Positions 9,089 through 17,605 of a DNA stretch of 64,000 bases are shown piece after piece; the stretch's first letter is position 1; each line of letters opens with the position of its first letter. Location of the stretch: assembly GCA_903844845.1 (NCBI GenBank), contig CAIMVG010000008.1:85664-149663 (forward strand), written 5' to 3'. The translations under genes and the position numbers were made by a program. Source of the DNA: an uncultured Dehalococcoidia bacterium. Its GTDB lineage: Bacteria; Chloroflexota; Dehalococcoidia; Dehalococcoidales; UBA1222. Under the pieces are notes generated by a model. That model ran no database searches. It worked only from the letters and a program-made list of their open reading frames with translations, and was not told where the DNA came from.

Positions 9089-9271
9089 ATGGACTGGACA
9101 GAACACAAACAGCAACTGCTTAAGGACCCTGAATTCAAAAAGGAATACGAGGCGCTCACGCCAGAGTACAAGTCTGCCTTCGCCAGGATTCGTAGGCGCC
9201 AGGCTAAGGGATTAACTCAGGGTCAATTGAAAAAAGGATATCCCAAGCAAGGGCAGGAACTACGTCAGTAA
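9089..9271 (+). pseudogene. truncated XRE-type antitoxin remnant
   Basis: LLKDPEFKKEYEALTPEY...KGLTQGQL matches antitoxin N-termini. The HTH is cut off after helix 1 and the ORF runs into the 3' end of mazF. Confidence 0.35.
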
Positions 9272-9604
9272 TGTCCCGAGTTTTTCAAACACCTCTGACA
9301 TCGTGTCGCTTGGCGATGTGCATATCCACTCTGTATCCCTGGCTCGCCAATCGAGGCTCTTGACCTGGTCGGAGAGAATTGCTCCAGACACCGGTAATCC
9401 CGGTGGAAGTAGCACTTCAAAAGGATAGCCCTTTACCTGGCTGGTAACCGGACACAGGATAATCAGTCCAGTCTTGCTGTTATAGCTTCGCGGCGAAATC
9501 ACCACAGCAGGACGGCGGCCGGATTGCTCGTGCCCTGTCTGCGGATTCAAAGTAATCCAGACCATGTCTCCGCGTTGAGGGATATAGCCGCCCGGATTCA
9601 CCAT
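9260..9604 (-). CDS. mazF: type II toxin MazF/PemK endoribonuclease
   Basis: PQRGDMVWITLNPQTGHEQSGRRPAVVISP...ILCPVTSQVKGYPFEV. Confidence 0.85.
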   Translation of the reverse strand: MVNPGGYIPQRGDMVWITLNPQTGHEQSGRRPAVVISPRSYNSKTGLIILCPVTSQVKGYPFEVLLPPGLPVSGAILSDQVKSLDWRARDTEWICTSPSDTMSEVFEKLGTLLT

Positions 9605-9840
9605 GCTTCATGCCCCACTGCCGCGCCAGTATCAATCTCATCATGCAAATTGTCTTCGGTTACGTTAGCCAGAAGTTGTTTGAGTGTCAGCTTTGGTTTA
9701 AACACCGGGGTAATAATGAGTTTCCCGTCGGCCAGTGAAACCTCGACAGCCGTTTCCTTTTGTAGATTCACTTCCTCCGCGAAGGATTTGGGGATACGTA
9801 GAGCCAGACTGTTCCCCCATTTCTGTATTTTTGTTTTCAT
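9598..9840 (-). CDS. mazE: type II antitoxin MazE (AbrB/SpoVT family)
   Basis: MKTKIQKWGNSLALRIPKSFAEE looped-hinge motif. Overlaps the mazF start by 7 nt. Confidence 0.85.
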   Translation of the reverse strand: MKTKIQKWGNSLALRIPKSFAEEVNLQKETAVEVSLADGKLIITPVFKPKLTLKQLLANVTEDNLHDEIDTGAAVGHEAW

Positions 9841-9856
9841 GTTGTACCTCTATAAA

Positions 9857-9875
9857 GTATCTACAATGAAGATAC
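9857..9875 (-). promoter_or_regulatory. candidate MazE operator (inverted repeat)
   Basis: GTATCT-N7-AGATAC lies 17-35 nt upstream of the mazE start. A third GTATCT copy is at 9887-9892. Confidence 0.3.
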
Positions 9876-10087
9876 AATTTTCAAGAGTATCTGTCAATCC
9901 GGAGACCAGTCTAAAGCGTTATCGATTGGTTATCGGTATTAGTTATGTCAATATTGTTACGGCATATGGCGAGTGTGAGAATTATTCAGGAATGTCATAT
10001 TTCTTTAACTTCCCCGAACGCTTTGTTATAGCTTTGTAACTCCTGCGGTGCTACAGTATTATCAATCCCGCTGGAAGGAGGAACTAT

Positions 10088-10327
10088 ATGGTATTCATGG
10101 GTGAAGAGGACAACAAACCGGCCGATGAGAAAACCGTCAAAGAAAGCAAAGATATACTTCACCGCCTCCTCCGGGAGCAAGCTATCGACAGCCGCGAAGA
10201 TTACCTGGCGGCCGTATTCGCGATGAACCGGGTAGCGCCTTACAGGGATACCGACCCGGAAGTCGATACTATCCTCAAGGCCATGGAACGGACGTTCACT
10301 ACACTCCCTCCTTTCGGTGAGCTATAA
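10088..10327 (+). CDS. small acidic hypothetical protein upstream of coxB
   Basis: 79 aa. Strong SD GGAAGGAGG. Ends 9 nt before the coxB ORF. Confidence 0.45.
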   Translation: MVFMGEEDNKPADEKTVKESKDILHRLLREQAIDSREDYLAAVFAMNRVAPYRDTDPEVDTILKAMERTFTTLPPFGEL

Positions 10328-10335
10328 TGTGACGC

Positions 10336-11418
10336 ATGGCATCCAGACCCGGGATTTACAGAAATACGGCGCGCATGAACAAACGCGTCATCCCTTTTAT
10401 ACTGCTAGCAGCCGTACTTTCTGCGGGGGCCGTATATTTTCTTTTACACATTTACAACATCCCTAACGCCGCCAGTGTTGAACGCGCCAGTATAGACCGG
10501 GCCCTCAAGGTTCTTATCTCCATCGCCGCCGTGGTTTTTATCTGGGTGGTTACCGCCCTGGCATACGTGGTAATTTTCAACAGGCAGAAACGGGGCGACA
10601 CGGGATTCGGAGCGCATATCACCGGCAATCGGAAGCTGGAGACCGTCTGGACCGTCATACCGCTCCTGATAGTCATCGGCGTTTCGTTCTACGGCGGGTT
10701 CGTCCTTCGGGACATCACACCCGAGCCACCTCCCGGCGTACTTAACGTGGATGTAACCGCCTTCCGCTGGGGCTGGAAATTCTATTACCCCGATTATAAC
10801 GTGAATTCTCTTTATCTCGAACTCGAGGTCAACCGCCAGGTTGAATTCCACATGGCGACCCTCGACGTCGTACACGGCTTCTGGATACAGGAGTTCGGGC
10901 CCAAGATGGACATCGTGCCCGGGATGATGATGCACCTTGACGTCACGCCCGACAAGACAGGGCAGTACCTCCTGGTATGCGACCAGCTGTGCGGGGCAGG
11001 CCATACCGGCATGACCGCGCCGGTTTATGTGGTTTCCTCCGGCGATTTCCAGACATGGGTGACCCAGCACAAAGCCCCGCCCGCAACCACGCCCGCGTCA
11101 ACCGCTCTTTCCACCGCCGGGGAAGCGGCGCAACTGGGCTCCGCGGTGTACGGCAGCTACTGCGCCTCATGCCACGGGGCGACAGGGCAGGGCGGCGCAG
11201 GCCCCAGGCTGGTTGGTGCAGGCAACACGCTGGCTAAATACAATACCGCGCAGGGACTCCAGGGGTTCATCTCGGCCGCCATGCCGCTCAACGCCCCGGG
11301 CAGCCTTAGCGCCGCGGAGTACGGCGAACTCACGGCGTTCATACTGGTGCAGAACAACTGGATCGGGAGCGGGACAACGTTCGACCCGGCCGGCCTGTCC
11401 TCCGTGCCGATAAAATAG
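10336..11418 (+). CDS. coxB: cytochrome c oxidase subunit II with fused C-terminal cytochrome c domain (caa3-type)
   Basis: CuA site CDQLCGAGHTGM. Heme c motif CASCHG. Two N-terminal TM helices. The start may be the internal MNKRV. Confidence 0.9.
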   Translation: MASRPGIYRNTARMNKRVIPFILLAAVLSAGAVYFLLHIYNIPNAASVERASIDRALKVLISIAAVVFIWVVTALAYVVIFNRQKRGDTGFGAHITGNRKLETVWTVIPLLIVIGVSFYGGFVLRDITPEPPPGVLNVDVTAFRWGWKFYYPDYNVNSLYLELEVNRQVEFHMATLDVVHGFWIQEFGPKMDIVPGMMMHLDVTPDKTGQYLLVCDQLCGAGHTGMTAPVYVVSSGDFQTWVTQHKAPPATTPASTALSTAGEAAQLGSAVYGSYCASCHGATGQGGAGPRLVGAGNTLAKYNTAQGLQGFISAAMPLNAPGSLSAAEYGELTAFILVQNNWIGSGTTFDPAGLSSVPIK

Positions 11419-11431
11419 GGATTCCGAAATA

Positions 11432-13282
11432 ATGAAAAGATTCTTCTCGATTGGGCTAGTGCGCGGGATCCTGGGCGGGACCGCGGGTACGGGCACAGGC
11501 GCAGGCGCGGTGATGCTGATACGCATGGCGATGGGATTACCCGCGTGGGACGAGGGGCAGGTCTGGGCCGCTGGCATCGTCGCCGGCGTTGCCGGCTACC
11601 TTATCGCGCTCGGCCTTTTCAACTACTGGGCAAGGTGGTTCGTCGGCGCACGCGACAGGTTCGAACCGAATATGCCGTCGCGTTCCTGGACTCGTTTCCT
11701 GAGTGTCAGCACCGACCATAAAACCATCGGCATCCAATACCTGGCGACCGCCCTGATATTCCTGCCCGTAGCGGTGGCCCTCCAGCTGATCGCCAGGGCG
11801 GACCTTTCCAAAATCGGGTTCAGTCTGAACCCCGAGACCTATACCGCGCTCATCAGCGACCACGGCATCGTGATGCTTTTCATCGTAGCCATACCCGCTT
11901 TCGCCGGGCTCATGAATTACTTCGTGCCGCTCCAGATAGGTGCGAAGGACATGGCGTTCCCGCGGCTGAACGCGCTCTCTTTCTGGCTCGTGCCGGCAGC
12001 GGGCATACTCATGGTGACCGCCCTCGGGGCGGGGGGATTCGATACGGGCTGGACCATATACCCGCCGCTTTCCGTCTCCTACCAGCCCCTCGGGATGAAC
12101 CTCGTGCTGATCGGCGCCTACCTCGCAGGCTTTTCTTCGATACTCAGCGCCGTCAACATCCTGACGACCGTGATAAAGCTGCGCGCCCCTGGCATGGGCA
12201 TCTTCCGCATGCCGATATTCGTATGGACTGCCGTCTCCACCACCATACTGTCGCTCCTCTTCACCCAGTTCGTGTCCATGGCCCTGCTGTTCGTCCTGCT
12301 TGAACGGACTTTGAACATGCCTTTCTTCGGCACCGCAGGCGGGGGCCAGCCCCTGCTTTACCAGTACATGTTCTGGTTTTACTCGCACCCGGCAACCTAT
12401 ATCTTCGCCCTGCCGGGCCTCGGCATCATAAGCGAGATAATACCAGTGTTCGCCCGCAAACCCCTCTTTGGATACAAGGCAGTCGCCCTTTCCAGCGTAG
12501 GGATCGCTATCGGCGGCACGATGGTATTCGGTCATCATATGTTCGCCGCAGGCATCCCGGCGCTTCTGCGCATCCCGTTCATGATAACCACGATGCTGGT
12601 GGCCGTGCCGACGGGCGTGAAGGTTTTCGCCTGGGTGGCGACCGCGTGGGGCGGCAAGCTCAGGATGGGCTCGCCCCTGCTTTTCGTCCTCTCGGCCATC
12701 GTCATCTTCCTCATCGGAGGGCTGACAGGCGTGATACAGGCTGTCGTCCCGGTGAATCTCTACGTGCACGATACCTACTGGATAGTCGCCCATTTCCACA
12801 GCGTTTTGTTCGGCGGCTTCCTTTTCCCGCTGATGGCAGGAATATATTACTGGTTCCCCAAGATGACCGGGCGCCGCATGAGCGAGGGGCTGGGACGGGC
12901 GCAATGGTGGCTCATGACCCTGGGCTCGGCGCTGCTGATATTGCCGATGTTCGTCCTGGGGCTCGACGGCCTGCGCCGCCGTACCGCCGATTATTCCAAC
13001 ATGGATTTCCGCCCGCTGGTGATCGCCACCGCCGTCGGCGGCTTCCTGATATTCCTGGGACTGGTGGTGCTGTTCTATAACATCCTGCGGAGCCGCCGTA
13101 AAGGCGCTCCCGCCTGGGACAACCCCTGGGAAGGCCGCACCCTGGAATGGATGACTTCTTCTCCGCCGCCTTACGACAATTTCCCCGCCACGCCTGTGGT
13201 GACCGGCGAGCCTTATGATTACGGCATATCAAGCAGGCCCTACGCCGATGTCACCCGCAGCAACCCTTCAAAGAACCGTTAG
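11432..13282 (+). CDS. ctaD: cytochrome c oxidase subunit I
   Basis: WFYSHPATYIFALPG, HHMFAAG and VAHFHSVLFGG heme-copper oxidase motifs. About 12 or more TM segments. Confidence 0.95.
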   Translation: MKRFFSIGLVRGILGGTAGTGTGAGAVMLIRMAMGLPAWDEGQVWAAGIVAGVAGYLIALGLFNYWARWFVGARDRFEPNMPSRSWTRFLSVSTDHKTIGIQYLATALIFLPVAVALQLIARADLSKIGFSLNPETYTALISDHGIVMLFIVAIPAFAGLMNYFVPLQIGAKDMAFPRLNALSFWLVPAAGILMVTALGAGGFDTGWTIYPPLSVSYQPLGMNLVLIGAYLAGFSSILSAVNILTTVIKLRAPGMGIFRMPIFVWTAVSTTILSLLFTQFVSMALLFVLLERTLNMPFFGTAGGGQPLLYQYMFWFYSHPATYIFALPGLGIISEIIPVFARKPLFGYKAVALSSVGIAIGGTMVFGHHMFAAGIPALLRIPFMITTMLVAVPTGVKVFAWVATAWGGKLRMGSPLLFVLSAIVIFLIGGLTGVIQAVVPVNLYVHDTYWIVAHFHSVLFGGFLFPLMAGIYYWFPKMTGRRMSEGLGRAQWWLMTLGSALLILPMFVLGLDGLRRRTADYSNMDFRPLVIATAVGGFLIFLGLVVLFYNILRSRRKGAPAWDNPWEGRTLEWMTSSPPPYDNFPATPVVTGEPYDYGISSRPYADVTRSNPSKNR

Positions 13283-13291
13283 GAGCAACGA

Positions 13292-13861
13292 TTGGACGCA
13301 TACGTATCACGCGATAAAACCGAACGAGGCGCTTCCCGGATGGGGATGATCGTCTTCCTGGCGTCCGAGGTTTTCCTTTTCGGTTCGCTTTTCTTCACCT
13401 ATTTCTACTTGAAGATAAACACGAAACCCTGGCCGCCTGAGGGCGTTGCCCTGGACCCGAAATTCGCAGCCATAAATACCGGGATACTGCTTTTCGGAAG
13501 CCTGCTCGTATGGGCTGCTTCCAGGCTCGTCAGGCGGGGCAGGATGGCTGCCGTCCAGGCTGCCCTCTTCACCGCATCCGTGCTCGGATTTGTTTTCCTG
13601 GGCATCACAGGCTGGGAGTGGCGGCATGAATCGTTCAGGGCGTGGACGAACGCCTACGGCTCGATATTCTTCACGCTGACCGGATTCCATGCCCTGCATG
13701 TCTTCGGGGGGGCGATGCTGATGCTCGCCCTGGCGATACGAACGCGCCGCGGCAAATACACCTTCGCCACCCACACGGGCATCGAAGTGGGAGCGCTTTA
13801 CTGGCATTACGTGGACTTCATATGGATACTGGTCTTTACGACCCTGTTCTTTATCCGCTGA
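13292..13861 (+). CDS. ctaE: cytochrome c oxidase subunit III
   Basis: 189 aa, 5 TM segments, FHALHVFGG motif. TTG start with AGGAG SD. Confidence 0.85.
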   Translation: MDAYVSRDKTERGASRMGMIVFLASEVFLFGSLFFTYFYLKINTKPWPPEGVALDPKFAAINTGILLFGSLLVWAASRLVRRGRMAAVQAALFTASVLGFVFLGITGWEWRHESFRAWTNAYGSIFFTLTGFHALHVFGGAMLMLALAIRTRRGKYTFATHTGIEVGALYWHYVDFIWILVFTTLFFIR

Positions 13862-14736
13862 CGGCCCGGGCGCGGGCAGTGTCCGCCTTTCACGTTGCCG
13901 CCGATTACATCTCGCTGCTCAAGCCGCGGGTGACCGCGCTGCACCTGTTCACGGCGGCTGCCGCCATGCTGCTTGCGTCTCACGGGCCACCGTCCGTCAA
14001 AGCGTTCGCCCTGGTCCTTATCGGCGGCGGGCTGACTGCCGGCGCATCTAACGCCCTCAACTGCTATTTCGACCGTGACCTGGACGCGCTCATGGAACGC
14101 ACGAAGACCAGGCCCCTCCCCGCTGGCAGGCTCTCCCCCCGAAATGCCCTGGTATTCGGGCTCATATGCGGGGCTGCAGGGCTTTTCCTGCTTGCATGGC
14201 TATCGATGTATGCCGCAGCCCTGGCGCTCGCCGCATTTGCATCCTACGCGCTGGTATATACACTCTGGCTAAAGAGCAAGGGCGGGGCAGGAACGGTGCT
14301 CTCCAGCGGGATCGGCGCGGTGCCGCCGCTTATCGGCTGGCTGGCCGTTACGGGACATTTATCGATAACTCCATTCCTTCTTTTCGGGATAATCGCGCTG
14401 TGGAGCCCGCCGCATTTTTGGTCCCTGGCGCTATCACGCGGGGAAGATTACCGGGGGGCGGGACTTGCCGTCCTGCCTGGGAAAAAACCGGAGGTGTGGA
14501 TAGCGGCCTTCGCCGTGCTCCTGATTTCAATGAGCCTGGCGTTGATACCCGTTGCGCATCCGGGGCTGATCTACTCGATAACTGCAGGGCTGACGGGCCT
14601 CGCCTATTTTGCGCTTTGCCTTAGCTCGGTCGCTCAGCCCCGCATGTCGATATCTCGTTTACTTTATGTCTACTCGATAGTCTACCTCGTCCTGCTGTTT
14701 ACAGCCATGCTGGCCGGTGCCCTGCAAGCCCGGTGA
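13822..14736 (+). CDS. ctaB: protoheme IX farnesyltransferase (heme O synthase)
   Basis: UbiA-family motif NALNCYFDRDLDALMERTKTRPLP. The ORF-track 5' extension (13642) overlaps ctaE and is rejected. The start is either 13822 (ATG) or 13879 (GTG). Confidence 0.85.
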   Translation: MDTGLYDPVLYPLTARARAVSAFHVAADYISLLKPRVTALHLFTAAAAMLLASHGPPSVKAFALVLIGGGLTAGASNALNCYFDRDLDALMERTKTRPLPAGRLSPRNALVFGLICGAAGLFLLAWLSMYAAALALAAFASYALVYTLWLKSKGGAGTVLSSGIGAVPPLIGWLAVTGHLSITPFLLFGIIALWSPPHFWSLALSRGEDYRGAGLAVLPGKKPEVWIAAFAVLLISMSLALIPVAHPGLIYSITAGLTGLAYFALCLSSVAQPRMSISRLLYVYSIVYLVLLFTAMLAGALQAR

Positions 14737-14846
14737 AACTTGTCAGAAAAAAGCATATCGGGTAATATATAAATATAAACAAATATCCGCCAGCAAGATT
14801 GTTTTAGCCAGTTATTATTCATGTCCGGACTATACCAGCAAACCGT

Positions 14847-14880
14847 GGAGCACGGCTTTGGCCGCGGCTCCTTTTTTATT
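14847..14880 (+). terminator. intrinsic terminator after the cox-ctaB operon
   Basis: GGAGCACGGC-TTTG-GCCGCGGCTCC hairpin followed by TTTTTTATTT. Confidence 0.5.
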
Positions 14881-14927
14881 TGCCCGGGGTCTAACCGGAA
14901 ACGAACTTGAAGGAGTTTCACAGACAC

Positions 14928-16520
14928 ATGAACGAACAAGACAAATGGTACAAACTGAGATGGATCAGCCTCGTCTTCGTGGCGCTTTCCCTGCTGGTCA
15001 TCTCGCTCGACAACACGGTGCTCAACCTCGCTCTGCCGTCCATCGCCCGCGACCTGCATGCCAGCGCCAGCCAGCTGCAGTGGATAGTTGACGCCTACAC
15101 GCTGGTCTTCGCCGGGACACTGCTCACCATGGGCACTATCGGCGACCGCCTCGGCAGGAAGCGCGTGCTCCAGGCCGGGTTGGTGGTATTCGGTATCTTT
15201 TCCCTGTGGGCGGCGTTCTCGGCCAGCACGGGGACTCTGGTTGTCATGCGCGCCATCATGGGGCTGGGCGGGGCCGCCATCATGCCTTCGACGCTTTCCA
15301 TCCTTACCTCCACATTCAGGGACGCTAAAGAGCGTGCCCAGGCTATCGCCATCTGGGCAGCCGTTTTTGCGCTCGGAACAGGCATCGGCCCCCTGGTCGG
15401 GGGATACCTGCTCGAGCACTACAGTTGGAGTTCGGTATTCTTTATCAATATCCCGATAATTATCATCGCGCTCATCGGCGGCGCATTCGCCATCCAGGAC
15501 TCGCGCGGGGCCAACCCGCACAAAGTGGACTTCTTCGGTTTCGTCCTGTCCATCGCCGGTTTATTCGCGCTGGTCTATGCCATCATCCAGGCCGGGGTGA
15601 ACGGCTGGGGCTCGGCCAAGGTGCTCTGGGCCTTCCTGATCGCCGCAGTCCTGCTGACCCTCTTCATCGTCGGCGAATTACGCTCGAAGAACCCCATCCT
15701 TCCCCTCCAGTTCTTCCGCAACAAATCTTTCAGCGGCGCCAACCTGGCCCTCACGCTGGTGGCCTTCGGGCTTTTCGGTTCTTTCTTTTTCCTGGGGCAG
15801 TATCTCCAGTCGGTCAAGGGGTATACGCCGCTTGAGTCCGGCGTGCGCCTCCTGCCGATGGCCTTCATCATATTCATAGCCGCCCTTATCTCGGCGCGCG
15901 TCGCACGGGCCCTGGGCACCAAGATAACCGTAGGAGTCGGCATCCTGCTTTCGAGCATAGGCTTCTTCTATTTCGCCCGTATGATGAGCATCGACGCCAG
16001 CTACCTTACCATCGTCATCGGCATGTGCATCGTGGCCCTCGGCATCGGCATGACCATGAGCCCCGCCACCAATTCGGTGATGGGCTCTATCCCGCACGGC
16101 AAGGCCGGGGTAGGCTCCGCCATGAACGACACGACCCGCCAGATAGGCGGAGCCCTGGGTGTGGCGGTGCTGGGCACTGTACTCAACTCGGGCTACACCA
16201 GCCAGATCAACCAGGTGCAGTGGCCGGCAGCCCTCCCAGCCCAGGCGCTGGCAGCGATACACAGCAGCATCCAGGCGGCGCTGGTCACAGCGCAAAATTT
16301 ACAGTCGCAAAGCCCCGACCTGGCGGCATTTATAGTCACGAATTCCAAGGACGCTTTTATCACAGGAGCGCAAAGGGCTTCTTTTATAGCATCCATCGTG
16401 CTGGCGGCTGCTTCGATAGTCACCTTCGTCATCCTGCCCAAGCGCGTGATAACGCCCGACGAGGTGAAAGGGGAAACCACGCCTGATATGCTTGTAGAAG
16501 AAGATATCGTCAAACAATAA
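14928..16520 (+). CDS. MFS transporter, DHA2 (EmrB/QacA) drug:H+ antiporter family
   Basis: About 14 TM segments. Motif A GDRLGRKRV. AAGGAG SD upstream of ATG 14928 (the ORF track begins at TTG 14907). Confidence 0.85.
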   Translation: MNEQDKWYKLRWISLVFVALSLLVISLDNTVLNLALPSIARDLHASASQLQWIVDAYTLVFAGTLLTMGTIGDRLGRKRVLQAGLVVFGIFSLWAAFSASTGTLVVMRAIMGLGGAAIMPSTLSILTSTFRDAKERAQAIAIWAAVFALGTGIGPLVGGYLLEHYSWSSVFFINIPIIIIALIGGAFAIQDSRGANPHKVDFFGFVLSIAGLFALVYAIIQAGVNGWGSAKVLWAFLIAAVLLTLFIVGELRSKNPILPLQFFRNKSFSGANLALTLVAFGLFGSFFFLGQYLQSVKGYTPLESGVRLLPMAFIIFIAALISARVARALGTKITVGVGILLSSIGFFYFARMMSIDASYLTIVIGMCIVALGIGMTMSPATNSVMGSIPHGKAGVGSAMNDTTRQIGGALGVAVLGTVLNSGYTSQINQVQWPAALPAQALAAIHSSIQAALVTAQNLQSQSPDLAAFIVTNSKDAFITGAQRASFIASIVLAAASIVTFVILPKRVITPDEVKGETTPDMLVEEDIVKQ

Positions 16521-16542
16521 AACCGGGTTAATCACCGTACTG

Positions 16543-16576
16543 AAGGGGAAGGCAAGGGTGCCTTCCCCTTTTTTGT
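16543..16576 (+). terminator. rho-independent terminator
   Basis: Perfect 12-bp stem AAGGGGAAGGCA / TGCCTTCCCCTT, 4-nt loop, T-tract. Confidence 0.8.
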
Positions 16577-16585
16577 TTAAAAGAC

Positions 16586-16769
16586 GTGACAATTATCGCC
16601 TGTCACCGAGCGCGCCAATGGGCACGACAACACCAACGGGCACGATACATCAACGGGCACGGCACGCCGTGCCCCTACAGATTGCTTGCGGCCCGACCCG
16701 GATCGAACCCCGATGGTTCATCAGGCAGAGCCACTGTGCTCCAACGGGCACGGCGTGCCGTGCCCCTAC
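16586..16769. repeat. intergenic repeat array (CAAYGGGCACGR units plus two 20-nt GC hairpins)
   Basis: GGGCACG at 16620, 16638, 16655 and 16746, with inverted copies at 16668 and 16759. A 28-nt repeat at 16651-16678 and 16742-16769 differs at 2 positions. GTGACA-N9-TGTCAC at 16586-16606. Confidence 0.6.
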
Positions 16770-16817
16770 TTCCCTGCCGAAGAATAAAGGTGGTATGTTA
16801 TCGGTAAGGAGCGAAGG

Positions 16818-17594
16818 ATGGCTGAAGCATCTGATATGTTCCATGTCTCGGTCGCCCCGTTAAGCGGCTTCGATGCCGAACTTGTTCAGAAAGCGGCCGG
16901 TGTGATCGGCAAAGACATCTACACCGCGCGCCTTCTATTATCGGGAAAAATCCCGAAAATAATCGCAACGTTCCATTCTGCTGAAGAAGCAGAAACAGCT
17001 GTAAGGGCGCTTGGCGCCCTGGGGCTCCTGGGGTTTTCCTGCAGCGATGCGGAGCTCCGTAAGCCTTTCACTCCAGACCCCGGGCCCCGCACCATAAAGC
17101 TCGGAAAAACAGATATCAGCTTCGTAACAGGCCTCGCAGAGACTAAAACCCTGGGACCGGATGACGTTTTTCTCATCCTCAAAGGGACGCGCCGATTTAG
17201 TTCAGGGAAGGAAACCACGACCACAACCAGGAAACTCAACATCACGGCAACACTCCTTACCGGGATGCCGATGTTTCGAAAGGTCAAGGAGAAAACAGGT
17301 GAAGAGTCAGTCGCCGAGGATTTCGTGAGGCTGTACGGCCGTCTTTCGCCGGATCCTCTGCTGGAGATCCCGCAGAATCATTTCGATTATTCGTTTTTAG
17401 GAGACCGGCTTGCCCCGACTTCTAATCAAAACCTCGCCAAAACGACGGAAGCCCTAAGGGGAATATTTCCGGGTGCGGTTTTTGACGGGTCCCCGGCGGG
17501 CAATGCCGACCTCGGCGAAAGGGATTACCGCCTGATCTACTTTTATCAGAAGACCATTGCAAATTACGGAAAATCAGGGCAGAGAAGCCCGTGA
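16818..17594 (+). CDS. hypothetical protein
   Basis: 258-aa ORF with AAGGAG-like SD (GGTAAGGAGCGAAGG). No recognisable domain. Confidence 0.5.
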   Translation: MAEASDMFHVSVAPLSGFDAELVQKAAGVIGKDIYTARLLLSGKIPKIIATFHSAEEAETAVRALGALGLLGFSCSDAELRKPFTPDPGPRTIKLGKTDISFVTGLAETKTLGPDDVFLILKGTRRFSSGKETTTTTRKLNITATLLTGMPMFRKVKEKTGEESVAEDFVRLYGRLSPDPLLEIPQNHFDYSFLGDRLAPTSNQNLAKTTEALRGIFPGAVFDGSPAGNADLGERDYRLIYFYQKTIANYGKSGQRSP

Positions 17595-17605
17595 AAAGGC
17601 CAAAT

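Noticed and set aside
11537-12904. A 455-aa minus-strand ORF inside ctaD, along with similar long antisense ORFs at 14682-15521, 24168-24878, 50556-51203 and 52794-53648.
   Set aside because: All of them lie opposite genes with unambiguous conserved motifs (ctaD, MFS, MMPL, pnp, asd). All have charged, low-complexity, RGD/H-rich translations and lack SDs.
13642-13821. A 5' extension of the ctaB ORF (track start 13642).
   Set aside because: It overlaps the last 220 nt of ctaE in another frame and translates to Arg/His/Pro-rich sequence. The conserved UbiA-type protein starts near 13822-13879.
16691-16740. A tRNA-like T-arm sequence (minus strand GGGGTTCGATCCGGG) between the two GC hairpins.
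   Set aside because: The flanking bases form only about 3 bp of T-stem. No acceptor, D or anticodon arms can be drawn. At best it is a degenerate fragment, so it is not called as a tRNA or as an integration scar.
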